Of a stretch of 64,000 nucleotides of DNA, positions 24,235 to 36,549 are shown piece after piece. The stretch is taken from NCBI RefSeq assembly GCF_006345805.1, contig NC_042997.1:212536001-212600000 (forward strand), read 5' to 3'. Both the position numbers and the translations under genes were made by a program. The stretch's first letter is position 1. Every line of letters starts with the position of its first letter. A model generated the notes under the pieces. The model did not search any database, had not been told where the DNA came from, and saw only the letters and a program-made list of their open reading frames with translations. The stretch is from Octopus sinensis. Lineage: Eukaryota.

Positions 24235-25531
24235 ATACTTGCTAAACTATCAAATTGTGTGAAGGAATTATTGCTGTAGCAGTTGCATGCAGCAGGTCTT
24301 TGACCTCATACAGAAGGTGACCTGGAATTGAATGCGATGAAGTGGGAAAACTTGTCGAAAAAGCCAGCTTCTATATATGGCCGAAGTGGGAAGACCAAAA
24401 ATGGCTTGAAAGTCATAACATGCCGGTGGGAAATAACATCATTAGGTGAGACAAGCTGACACTGAATTAGCTTCGCTGATTGACAGGTGACGGTCGTTTA
24501 GAGAATGCGTGGGCTAAGACTACGCGCTTTCACTAGTCAGTTAAAGTTGAGACAGTGTCACATGACAACTTGCTGGGGCTGCCTGCTGGAGCCTAGCAGC
24601 GAGTATTTAAAGGGAAAAAATTTGACAAGACAGTCAGTCGCCCGCTGACACTTGTTGACGCTACATCGAAGAGGCCATGGAACAGAAGAAAGAAGACATG
24701 CACCCAACACCAGAGCTGAAGACACCTCTGAAAGGGGAGGGGGCCACCACGTCAAAACGGTAGAGGAGTAGGGGCCGAAACCAGATGTGGTTCCTCCTGA
24801 TGAATATCTTGAGCTAACTGGATCCTATAAAGGAGCTGTTGTGGTAGCAGACCATGAAACACAGTTGTAATTCCTCAATTAAGAAGACTAAATTGTTTTA
24901 TTTGTTGTGGATTTCTGTATTTTGAATTCAAATTCCACAGCAACCAACCAACTTCTTTGTCTTTCATCTTCCCAGTTTTGATAAAATGACTGGAAGTGAG
25001 TAGGGGTGAGTAGGGGTGAGCAGGTGGGAATTTCAGGGTATTGGGACACAGTGTCCTGTGCTTCCTTTTCTGGTAGTATATAACAATTGCAACATCACTG
25101 GGGGGGGGGAGAGCTCCATTAACCCTCGACTTTCTGACAACATCAGTGACATGAGAAAGGAAGACCCGGTGGTGGGGAGCGAAGTAACTGCAGGTCTTCC
25201 ATAAAGAAATGTTAACCAGGTCTGTGCTTTGGAGAACAACCTCACAAGTGTACAACCATAATCTCACAACACGTGGTTCACACACACTGTTATATATCAA
25301 TACTGTGTGTATATAGGGCGGGGATAGGAGGTCCAAGATTAACTGAAATGACATCTGTACTGTACTATGTACGTATAAGAGAATGATAGAGCAGAGTGAT
25401 AGACAGGCCTGGAGCTAAGAAGGAACGTCATTGATGAGGTTATGAATAGTAACAAAAGAATTCTCACAAACCAAGCTGATGCATTGAATGATTGATTCTA
25501 TAGAAAATAGGTAAATTGATTTATTTTCAAA

Positions 25532-25931
25532 CTAGCAGTATCGCCCGGCGTTGCTCGGGTTTGTAAGGGAAATAACTATATAAGCATTTTTAGAGATGTA
25601 AAGTATGATAGCCATTTCAATATGGCTAACCACAAAGGGGGGGGGGTGTTACTGTAGCTTTTTACGTTCTGAGATTTAATAATACATTTTTAGAGAGTTA
25701 CTTCCCTTATATAATAGCAAAAAAAGCATTAAAAATGGGGAAAATGATGGTAAATTTTTTTTTAAATCGTAGACTAATCGTAGACGCACGTTAATACCCA
25801 GAAGGGCTCGATATGAATCACGACTATAAGATACCCGGTTTTGGTTAAACTGCACCGCAAAATGTGGGAGTTGTTAGGAATCTAAATCGTAGGAGACAGA
25901 CAGCACACAACCTCACTTTTATATATAAAGA
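25532..25931 (-). mobile_element. non-autonomous Helitron-like element, second copy
   Basis: Same TC/CTAG termini and hairpin as 17617-18123. Confidence 0.82.
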
Positions 25932-26094
25932 TGTCTTGAGTCTCCAATTGATTTCAATGTCTTTCTCAAACTATCCACCGTCTGTCTGTTTGTCTGTCTC
26001 TCTCTCTCTCCCTCTCTGTCTACCCATAATGCTATCAGTCCTTCTGTCTGTCTACCTGTCTTCTGTTGGTTTGTCTATGTATATATACATGTGT

Positions 26095-27745
26095 GCATGT
26101 ACGTATGTATGTATGTATGTATGTATGTCATTATGTAGTTTTATTTCAAGATTTCTTGCCAATAGAGAAAGAGCTGGTTTCTAACCAAGATCCAAGGCTT
26201 CTTCATTGGAATTTCAGCATCAACAACAGCATATTTTTGTATGTATGTATGAATGAATGTATGTGCAGATTTGTATGTTTTACGGATGTATTCTCCTGCA
26301 TATAGTTACATATCTAGACATGTTCATACATATTCAAAAGATAAACTTCTGGAAAGTTTTACAGATTTTTACAGTTCCAGTGATGGATTGGATCTATAGT
26401 CTTCCAATTAGCTTTTTCCTTTCTGGTTTTGAGAAGCCTAATTTCTCAAGATTGGCATTTAGGCAGTGTGTTACATATCCCAGGGACCCAATAATTACAG
26501 GTATAAACCTGAACTTGTAATCTGGAAAGAGTAACTGCAGATTTCTCAATAGCTCAGCATAGGTGTTCTCTTTATGTTAACATCCATGGGGCAGCTAATT
26601 TCCACAACTGTTCACAGTTTCTCTTCTCTATCCCAAATCATTATATCAAATCCATTGTGCTTACATTTTATTGAGGTCTTCATTGGTACATTCCACCAGT
26701 ATTCCTTTTTATTATGAGTGGCAATGGCTTCTACCATATTGTGGGTTCTTAATTCCTTGTCCTCGGGATTATCCTTCTGACAGATTTCATTATAGAGTGT
26801 CCTAGCTACAATGTTATGTTTCATCAGCAGATAATATTGTGATGACATTTTTGGACAACTGCTTATGATGTGGGTGATATCCTCAGTGTGAACTCCACAA
26901 TGTCCGCATCGGTTGTCACACTTTTTACTACTTTTCCTGTGTCTCCGTCCCTTTTGTGCATCAGTACTCAGTTGATATTTCCTGTTCCTGGATTGCAAGC
27001 ACATACCTTTAAAGTGGCTATTGGTCCATGATAAACTGCTTTGATGATTGATGTTACTATCATCTCAGAGCTTTCTACTAATACATCCATGCATAGTCTT
27101 CTGTTCATGTAGGCTCATCCTTTCATCTGATGATACATTGCAGTAGATGTGTGCAGTAGATGTGTGCAGTAGATGTAATGACATGCATAAGATCTGGTCA
27201 TCAAATCTAAGTAGAGACTTCAAACTTGAAATATTCAAAGCCACAGTCGAACCAATTCTACTATATGGCTCAGAAACCTGGACGTTATCAAAGAAGCTTG
27301 AGAGGCGGTTGGATGGAACCTACACTCGCCTCCTTATGAGAGCTCAAAATCTCTCGTGGAGGCGCCATCCAACCAAAATGCAAATATATGGGAAACTACC
27401 ACCTGTGTCATCTCTTGTGAAAGGTAGGAGAGTCCAGTTTGCTGGACATTGTTGTAGAGCTGAAAAAGAGGTAATTTCTACTCTTCTCCTCTGGAAGCCA
27501 TCTACTCGCAATACCAGAGGGCGCACACTCTCCTACCCTGATGTAATCTCCAGGGATACAGGCATCCAGCAACAGGACCTCCGTAATGCCATGATGGACC
27601 GTGAAATCTGGCGTAGCATGGTAAATTCCATTGTCTCGACCACGGTCGAACAATGATGATGATGATGAGATGTGTGCAACTTCTTTGGGCACATATTTGA
27701 GGCTATCAGCCAAAGAGTGTTGCTCAAGGAGCTCCCTATTTATGC
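26095..27745 (-). mobile_element. Dong/R4-clade LINE 3' part with (CATA)n tail, interrupted by family F
   Basis: CDNRCGHCGVHTEDITHIISSCP...HN.VAR...KEYWWN...KHNGFDIMIWDR (CCHC knuckle plus PD-type endonuclease). Confidence 0.88.
27177..27668 (+). mobile_element. RTE/RTE-X-like LINE 3' fragment (family F), open frame
   Basis: KLEIFKATVEPILLYGSETWTLSK...DRE.WR; (TGA)n tail; TSD-like AGATGTGTGCA on both sides. Confidence 0.88.
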
Positions 27746-27754
27746 ATGTACGTA

Positions 27755-28778
27755 TGAAGTGGTATCAAAAGATTCCTGGACTATGTTTATGTGGTGTATG
27801 CACGATTTGAATATAAAGGCACCTACCTTCTCTTCCTCGTGATGGAGACCCTTCTGTGGTAGCTAATCCTTCGACACAGCCCCGACCTGAACACTAAAGA
27901 TAGCAGCTGCTCACCCAAACCCTTAGCGACCGTCCTCACACGTCTTGTCGCCTGAACGACCCATGTTGGAAAGGCCCAATTGACCGCTGCCTGCGCACGC
28001 CTGACAGCTGCCCCTTCCGGTTGCCCCAGCTTCCGGTCAATGCACCCAGCTGCTGACGTCATCCCACAGTTTAATAAAAAAATAACTTATTTACCTCAGT
28101 TTTTATCACCCTCTCCTTTGAAATAGTGACCTTGCACAGTAATACACTGGTCCCAGCATTTCTGAATTTGAGCTGCCTTTTCATCTTGGGGAAGAGATGG
28201 GAGTCCACAGGTGCTAAATTTGGTGAATAGGGTGAGTGTGGAAGCAGTGCCATGTTGCTTTTGGTGAGAAACTCATGAATGAGGAGAGCTTGGTGAAGAA
28301 TCAAATTCTCTGCACTCCAGAGATTCAATCACTTTCGTTGAATCTCCTCCTGCAAATGCTTCAAAACGTAGCAGCAGAACTCTCAAATGATGGCCGGGTT
28401 CTGGAGAATGAATTCTCAATGTTACATTTCCAGGTCTTCCAGATCTCTCTTAATCTTCCAGGGATGTTCTTCTGCTTTTGAAGCGCCCATGCCACATAAA
28501 ACATTTGCATACGACCATTACTTTGTCACCACAAGCTTGCCAAAGAAATGCTCAATGTCTCTGTAACAGAATTCCCAAGTTTAACACAAAATTTCACATT
28601 GGCTGTCCATGATGAAATCACAGACGACAGCATTAATGTGATCGCAAAAACATTCACAATTTGCAAAGTAAATACAGTGATGTCACTTGGTACACTGCCT
28701 CATAAAGGTCACTGCTAGCTCTCACTTGCACATGCAACCATGTGCTGCCATCTGGAACTTTTTGAAAGCACCTCGGTA
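27755..28778 (-). mobile_element. mariner transposon remnant
   Basis: LLPHSPYSPNLAPVDSHLFPKMKRQLK (YSPDLAP motif); degenerate TIRs at TA sites; GC-rich insert at about 27795-28067. Confidence 0.8.
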
Positions 28779-28794
28779 TGTATGTATGCATCTG

Positions 28795-28825
<31 letters not shown>

Positions 28826-29199
28826 TGTGTGTGTGTGCGTGTGTGTGTGTTTCTGATTATTTAAATTCTTCCTCTAAAGAAGGAGCTGGTTTTCAACAAA
28901 GATACAAAATACTTTTATTAGAATTTAGGTAACAAAAGCAATATAACTTGAGAAAATCTTGCATATTTTTATTGTTCCAATTACAAACTGTATTTGTAAT
29001 GCATGTGTTAGCTGGTTGATTTTGTTTTCTGAAAACCCTAGCTCTTCCAGGCATTTAATCCCCAAATACAGCATGCATGTTTGTGTGCATGCATGCTATA
29101 TTTGGAGCCAGTGCATTTACAGGTTTTTTGGTCTTGTTTTATATATATATTCTCATACATCATCTAACGACAGGAGTGTCCATGATATATATATATATC

Positions 29200-29505
29200 T
29201 CCGGTGGCACGTAAATAGCACCATCTGAACGTGGCCGATGCCAGCACCGCCTTGACTGGCTTCTGTGGCGGTGGCACATAAAAAGCACCAACCGATCGTG
29301 GCTGCTGCCAGCCTCCCCTGGCACATAAAAAGCACCCACTACACTCACGGAGTGGTTGGCGTTAGGAAGGGCATCCAGCTGTAGAAACACTGCCAGATCA
29401 GACTGGAGCCTGGTGCAGCCTCCTGGCTTCCCAGACCCCGGTCGAACCATCAAACCCATGCTAGCACAGAAAACGGACGTTAAACGATGATGATGATGAT
29501 GATGA
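29200..29505 (+). mobile_element. family D copy splitting a Dong/R4 remnant (about 28850-29760, minus strand)
   Basis: Consensus match; flanks match the Dong 3' end. Confidence 0.8.
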
Positions 29506-30089
29506 TAGTTGCATACCAAGATATGCTCATATATACTTAAATAACCTTCTGGAAATTTTACAAATTTTTACTGTTCCACTGATGTCTTGGATCTGTAGTC
29601 TTTGAATCATTTTGCTCCTTTGTAGATTTGAAAAGCCAAATTTCTCAAGATTGATACTTAGGCAGTTTGTTACATATCCCAATTCCCCAAATAATTACAA
29701 TTATAAACCTGAACTTGTAATTCAGGTAGAGTAACAGATTTCTCCACAGTTCAGCATATGTATGTATGTATGTGTGCATGCATTTACGTATATATGTATG
29801 CAAGTATGTATGTATGTAAGTGGGTAGGTGAGTGGGTAGGTAAGTAGGTATACATGTGTCTAACCTACTTACCAAAACTGCTCTTCAAAACTATAAAGCC
29901 AGTGCACTATCTGTTTTTTCTGGTGAACTATATGACGCAAATTTATGAAACTCACCTCCAGATAGGAAATGGAATAGAAGAAGGCATTGCAATATTCAAA
30001 TTTATTGAAATCTAAAGCTAATTTAGATAATAATTTTTAAAAAAACATACAGAGCCAGTAACTATGTTCAAATCTATAATGCCAGATGA

Positions 30090-31400
30090 AATAATGTTGC
30101 AAAACTAATGCAAAACAGGAGAATTATGATGTATTTCTATGATATTCTCATGCAATACATCAACAAGAGGGCGTTTGGTCACCATCTTTCTGGATTACTT
30201 CAAAGGAATGGGATTTTATGCTCCCAATCAACTTCTGCAGCAAATCAAGTGGAAGCTCTTCTTTATTGCTATTTCAAGTTTATCAACAGATGGATACTGC
30301 TTGCCATTGCTGTATACAACATTCGTGGGATAATCCCCAGGCATTCTCTATAGGATTAAGGTCAGAACTTCTTGCTGACCATGGCATGACTTCAACCTCA
30401 ATTGCATGGAGGAAATCCAAAGTTGCCTTTGCTTTCGTTACTAACCTGGCTGAAACCACCTCTGGCTCTGTAGTACAAATGTCTTGTTTTCATAAGTTTT
30501 GCATCAAAATATACCACCAAACCTTATTTGCAATTTATGTTCCTTGTTATGGAGTCTTCCTTCTTCACCAATGTGAGCCCTGACCAGCACATCAATGTAT
30601 TCTGCAGGATTGAAACAGCCACCCAAGATGACAAATGGCAGCTTCCCATCGGCAGCTATTGTTCCCTACATCATAAGAATTCCTCTGCTGTTCTGCCTCT
30701 TGGAATAAGTAGAAGTTTGTATACATTTATCTTGCAACTATTGGGACCATCTAAATTCCATGTTTTCAGAGAACAAAACCTTGGTCCATTCACCATCCAA
30801 CGTCTGATGCTACTGAGCAAACTTCAAAAACAGACGACCATAGTTTCAATTCACTCTTCTTATGGTAGATGTCAAGGCTCCTACTCCTGCTGATGCCTTG
30901 ATTTTGGAAACAGAAGGGCAGTGACATCTTCACAGCTCTGGCAATGACCCTTTCACCCTTGGAACATCCACCCTGTTGTGGCCATTGGGATCTTTCAGAA
31001 AATTGTCCACTGATGGCCTGCTTTGGTGAATCTTCTCAGCAATCTTCTGATTACCCATTCCTTCCACTTTCAGTGCAAGAACCCTCCCTGGTTCAATTTC
31101 AGAAAGCTTTGTAGCTTTAGGCATTCTAGAAATGTAATCTGGATTGTGGAGAAAATGGCTGAGTCGAATATTTTCCGAAACAGTCTGGAAGGAGACGAAA
31201 AGTAGCTTTATAGTCTTGGAGTGTTGATATGCAACGGGGAAAATTGGGAAACCAGGTGTTGTAGTGGGATAATAAAGGTATGGTGTTTACATTTCAAAGT
31301 ATTCACAAACTACCCATTTACAATATATCGTGGCCCTTAATTCACTGAAATGCAGGGCTAAATTTCAAAATAACTGAAAAAGACGGCTTTATAGTTTTGA
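30090..31400 (-). mobile_element. Tc1/Tc3-like transposase remnant
   Basis: MPKATKLSEIE..RVLALK.EG....KIAEKIHQSR..VDNFLKDP (Tc3-like HTH); SSDLNPIENAWG near 30350; piggyBac-like MITE piece at about 30430-30560. Confidence 0.82.
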
Positions 31401-31494
31401 ACAGCAGTTTACTTACCTACCTCCTTACATACCTATCTATCTACGTATCTATCTGTCTGTTTGTCTCTCGTCCTACCTACCTGCCCACTTACAT

Positions 31495-31496
31495 AG

Positions 31497-31561
<65 letters not shown>
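31495..31561. repeat. (CTAT)n microsatellite
   Basis: Seen directly. Confidence 0.95.
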
Positions 31562-31674
31562 CGTCTGTCTCACAACATTATGATTATTCCTTCCTTAACA
31601 CTTTCTAAATTCCCTACCTACCTACCTACTAACATATCTATCTTTACAAAAAAAAAAAAAAAGAAATATAACAT

Positions 31675-31996
31675 GTGACTTCATTGACCAAAGTTACCGT
31701 GGCCTTTTCCATAGGCTTTTCTTTCCGCGGGTAAACCTCACCTGTCCTCCCCTTTACACTTCAAATTGACATTTCTGTGATAACGATCCCTATTGATCAA
31801 TTTTTTTTCCTTTCCCTTTTTGTCCTCCCCACTCCATTTTTAAAAAAAATTTTATTCCCCTCTTTTTTGTCCTCTTTCTATCCCTTTACGATCCCTTTTG
31901 ATCGAAAACCAAACCCCCTTTTTTTACCCCCAAAAGAAAAGCTCTACCTTGTAATTTGTCCTGTCTGTGTGCAGCCCTGTGTGGCTAATAAAGAAA
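31675..31996 (+). mobile_element. probable LINE 3'UTR fragment inserted in a ~95-bp tandem repeat
   Basis: Ends in AATAAAGAAA; flanked by AACATATCTATCT; tail resembles SINE family B. Confidence 0.5.
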
Positions 31997-33167
31997 CATA
32001 TCTATCTATCTGCCCCTCCCTCTCTATTTCACTGCATCATAATTATTCCTTCCTTCGTTAACACTTTCTAAATTCCCTACACACCTACCTACCTACTAAC
32101 ATATCTATCTGCCCCTCCCTCTCTATTTCACTGCACCATGATTATTCCTTCCTTCGTTAACACTCTCTAAATTAAATCTGTTCACACTAAGCTGAACTTC
32201 AACTTTTAAGTTATTTTTCAACTTTTTACTTCCTCTAGCTTAATAACAATGAGCCATGTCTACCATTGCCAGCTATGTGAAGGCATGACAGCCTTGAAAT
32301 CACGGCAAATCTGAAGAAGCTAGAAAATCTTGTCTCTGGACTCCGTATCTGCATCAAGTAAAATAATCCAATCAGCTTTGATGAATATTTATTGATCTTC
32401 AAAAGAAATTGCTGATGAATGTTTATTGATGTTAATGGTATCATATTTCAGAATTGGTAATTAGATGTTTGAGAACTCTACAAAAATATAGTCGTCTAAT
32501 TTGATGCAAAATTTAGCAATGAATTTTTTTGTCAAAGCATTATTTTCAATACCCTGTGTCAAAGAAGGTAGTTTATACAAGTTTAATTTGTTGAATAATG
32601 GCTGGCAAACGATACCATCTTCACTGAATGATGACCATTATAAAAATAATTAGTCTTAATATAGGTTTAATTTCAATTTACATTTTCCCTATTAAAACAA
32701 CCAATTAGAAGAGAGAATGTTGCTTCTCCCCTTCAAAGATGACACAAACACACAAATATCAGTTTAGAGAATTCTTCAATGGTTCAATATAAACTCATCT
32801 AATTATTTTTATTACAATAATTTAGCATAAAAATAATAATTATTTTTTAGCTAGCATATAGTTTTGTTCAATTGATAATTAATAATTTAGGAAATAATCA
32901 ATAAAAATATATATTTCTTTGTATTAATGCAACAGCATCAAATCAAAAACATTGATACATATTAGAAAATAATTTCAGTTCTCTTTGGGGAATGACCAGT
33001 GAATAGATGTGTGCCACGTGTTAATGCTCCGGTTAGGCTTCAGGCACTCGGAAACTAAATTTTTAACAAAGGATCTTATCGCTACAAGGCAATATGTAAA
33101 AAAACGTTTTAATAAAAGAATATTTACACACATATTTTCAGTCTATCTCTCTATATATAAAAGGTAG

Positions 33168-33170
<3 letters not shown>

Positions 33171-33229
<59 letters not shown>

Positions 33230-33240
33230 TATATTTATAT

Positions 33241-33284
<44 letters not shown>

Positions 33285-33421
33285 TATATACATATAATAT
33301 ACATATACATACATATATATACATATACATACTATATATATACATATACATACATATATATATATACATATACATACATATACATACATATATATACATA
33401 TACATACATATATATACATAT
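33171..33421. repeat. (TA)n/(TACA)n compound microsatellite
   Basis: Seen directly. Confidence 0.95.
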
Positions 33422-34610
33422 AAATCCTTAAATCCTTAAAAATGTTTTAGCCCGAAGGCCGCGGCCATGCTGGGGCACCACCGCTGAATGAGCTACACTA
33501 GTTTGTGAATCCACCTCTGATACGTGGCACTTGATCAACAAGGGAGTTCGATGCTGCTGCCCGCATCCGTGTCTCCTGTCGTGAGGTAGGTTCATCTGGG
33601 ACTCCCAACAAGAAGAGATCCAGTTTAGTTTTAAAGAAACCCACATCCACACCATGTAAGTCTCTCAGGCATTTAGGGAGGATGTTAAAGAGCTGTGGTC
33701 CTCTGAAACCCAAGCTGTTGCAGTATCTGGACCTGTATTTTGATGGTGATGTTGAAATCCTTGGCACCACGCAGCGGCGCCCCGTTCTGCGGTTGGAGTA
33801 ACGTTGAATGCCAAAGTTTGGGACAAGACCCTCCAGGATTTTCCAGATGTATATCACTGCATATCTCTCCCCTCCTCCGCTCCAGGGAGAAGAGGTTTAA
33901 TACCTTCAGTCTTTCCCAGTAGCTGACATTTTGCATTGAGACGATTTTCTTTGTGTAGCTTCTCTGAGTTGCTTCGAGTTCTGCTGTTTGTTTTATATTG
34001 TGTGGTGACCAAAGTTGGGAGCAGTAGTCCAAGCGGCTAAGGACGAATGTTTTCCATAGGACCATCAGTGTCTCCTTCTCTCTTGTTCTGAAAGTTCGGA
34101 GAATCCATCCAGCTAGCCATCTGCATTTTATCACCAGATTAGCAATATGCATTTGGAAAGATGCATCATTGCTCATGTCAATGCCCAGGTCATGCACTGA
34201 TTTTGACTCAGGGATTGCAATTCTTCCTGGGCCAGTGTATCCAGTCTTCACGTCATTTACCTTTGTGTGCCAGTAGCGCAGGGCCTGGAACTTACCTGCA
34301 TTAACTGCATGTTGTTGTCCTCAGCCCACCTGTATATTGTGTCCAGCTCATGTTGCAGATGCGCAATATTTTCAGGGTTTTGTATTGCGTGGGAGACTTT
34401 GTGTCATCTGCATAGCTAGCAAGGGTGGTCATCGTAGCAACTGAAGGCATGTCTGAAAGGGCCACTATGAACATCAGTGGCCCCAAGACAGTGCCCTGTG
34501 GGACACCGCTTGTTATTTGCGTTTCCTTGGAGGTGGCTCCATTGCTCACAACTGCCTGTTTTCTGTCTTTTAGGAAGTTGTGCAGCCACTCTCCAAGTTT
34601 CCCACCTATG
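33421..34610 (-). mobile_element. CR1/L2-type LINE, RT to 3' end
   Basis: [14 protein letters not shown]...YADDTK; VLSRLDYCSQLWSP; SLERRR; WKILEGLVPN; (TAAGGATTT)n tail. Confidence 0.93.
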
Positions 34611-34631
34611 CTATTTTTTTATGCTATTTTT

Positions 34632-34819
34632 ATACATACATATACATACATATATATATACATATACATATATATACATACATACATATATATATTTACA
34701 TATACATACATATACATACATATATATACATATACATACATATACATACATATATATACATATATATACATATACATACATATATATACATATACATACA
34801 TATATATACATATACATAC

Positions 34820-34871
<52 letters not shown>
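34632..34871. repeat. (TA)/(TACA) compound microsatellite
   Basis: Seen directly. Confidence 0.95.
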
Positions 34872-34873
<2 letters not shown>

Positions 34874-34879
34874 AAATTC

Positions 34880-36543
34880 GATGACTGGCATCCGTGTTAG
34901 TGGAGAGCTAAGAGCACCATCCAAGCTTGATTGTTGCCAGAGCAGCAAACTATCTTCTGTGCTGGTGGCACTTAAAAAGCACCATTAGAGCGTGATCGTT
35001 ACCAGTGTCTCCTTACTAGCACTTGTGCTGGTGGCACGTGAAAAACATTCGAGTGAGGTCATTGCCAGTGCTGCTTGACTGGCCCTTGTGCTGGTGGCAT
35101 GTAAAAGCACCCACTACACTCTTGGAGTGGTTGGCATTAGGAAGGGCATTCAGCTGTAAAAACTTCGCCAGGTCAGACTGGAGCCTGGTGCAGCCATCTG
35201 GTTTGCCAGTCCTCAGTCAAATCATCCAACCCATGCTAGCATGGAAAGTGGACATTAAACAATGATGATGATAATCATCATCATTTAACATCTGCTTTCT
35301 ATGCTGACATGGGTTGGATGATTTGATTGAGGACTAGCAATCCAGGAGGCTACACCAGGCTCCAATCTGATCTGGCAAGGTTTCTACAGCTGGATGCCCT
35401 TCCTAATGTCAATCACTCCGAGAGTGTAGTGGGTGCCCTTTATGTGCCACCGGTATGGGAGCCAGTCAAGCAGCACTGGCATTGGCCACAGCAACAACTC
35501 ACTTGGCTTGCTGAGTCTTCTCCAAAGGTCTCAGTCACTTGTCATTGCCTCTGTGAGGCCCAACGTTTGAAAGTCATGCTTCACCACCACATCCCATGTC
35601 TTCCTGGGTCTACCTCTTCCACAGTTAGGGTGTGACACCTCACACAGCTGTCTTCATCCATATGCATCACATAACCATACCTTTGCAGGCGTATCTTTTG
35701 CACACCACATCTGATGCTTCTTATGTTCAATTTTTCTCTCAGGGCACTTACACTGTTGTGTATGCACACTGACATTACACATTTAGTGGAGCACACACGA
35801 CAGAGTGTAAGTGCCCTTAGAGAAATATTGGACATAAGAAGCATCGGATGTGGCATGCAAAAGAGACGTTTGTGTTGGTATGGTCATGTACTGCAGATGG
35901 ATGAGGAGACCTGTGTGAAGAAGTGCCACTCCCTAATCTGGGGTAGAGGGAGACCCAGGAATACATAGGATGTGGTTTTGAAGCATGATCTTCAAATGTT
36001 GGGCCTCACAGAGGCAATGACAAAAGACCAAGACTTCTGGAGATATGCTGTGACTGAGAAGACCCAGCAAATAAAGTGAGATCACAGTTGTAACCCACAC
36101 CAGTGTGCATAACCAGCCCACTCAAAAGTTCCTTGGATTGTAGGGTGACATGCTGTGCTTGAGGAGACCTATTGAGTCAAGTACATCAAAACCAAATCAC
36201 CTTCAAATAGAAATTGTAGTTGTGATCCCCATGCCAGTGGCACACAAAAAGCATCACCTGAATGTGACCGATGCCAGTGCCACCTTGACTGGCTTCTGTG
36301 CCAGTGACATGTAAAAAGCACCATCTGCTCATGGTTGATGCCACCCCCCTCTGGCTGCTGTTCTGGTGGCAAGTAAAAAAGCACTCACTACACTCTCGGA
36401 GTGGTTGGTGTTAGGAAGGGCATCCAGCTGTAGAAACACTGCCAGATCAGATTGGGCCCTGGTGCAGCCTCTTGGCTTCCCAGATCCCAATCGAACCGTC
36501 GAACCCATGTCAGCATGGAAAACGGACGTTAAACAATGATGAT
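34880..36543. mobile_element. cluster of three RTE 3' ends in alternating orientation (+ 34880-35272, - 35277-35785, + 35790-36543)
   Basis: SVSALREKL.IRSI.CG.QK.RL.WYGHV..MDE..CV motif on both strands; family D tails. Confidence 0.85.
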
Positions 36544-36549
36544 ATATAT

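Noticed and set aside
24710-24805. CUGAAGA...GAAACCAGAUGUGGUU hammerhead-like string
   Set aside because: Helices I and II do not pair in register with the core
34477-34948. YI/HT-repeat ORFs (also at 33138, 37513 and 63143)
   Set aside because: (TA)/(TACA)/(TG) microsatellite translations
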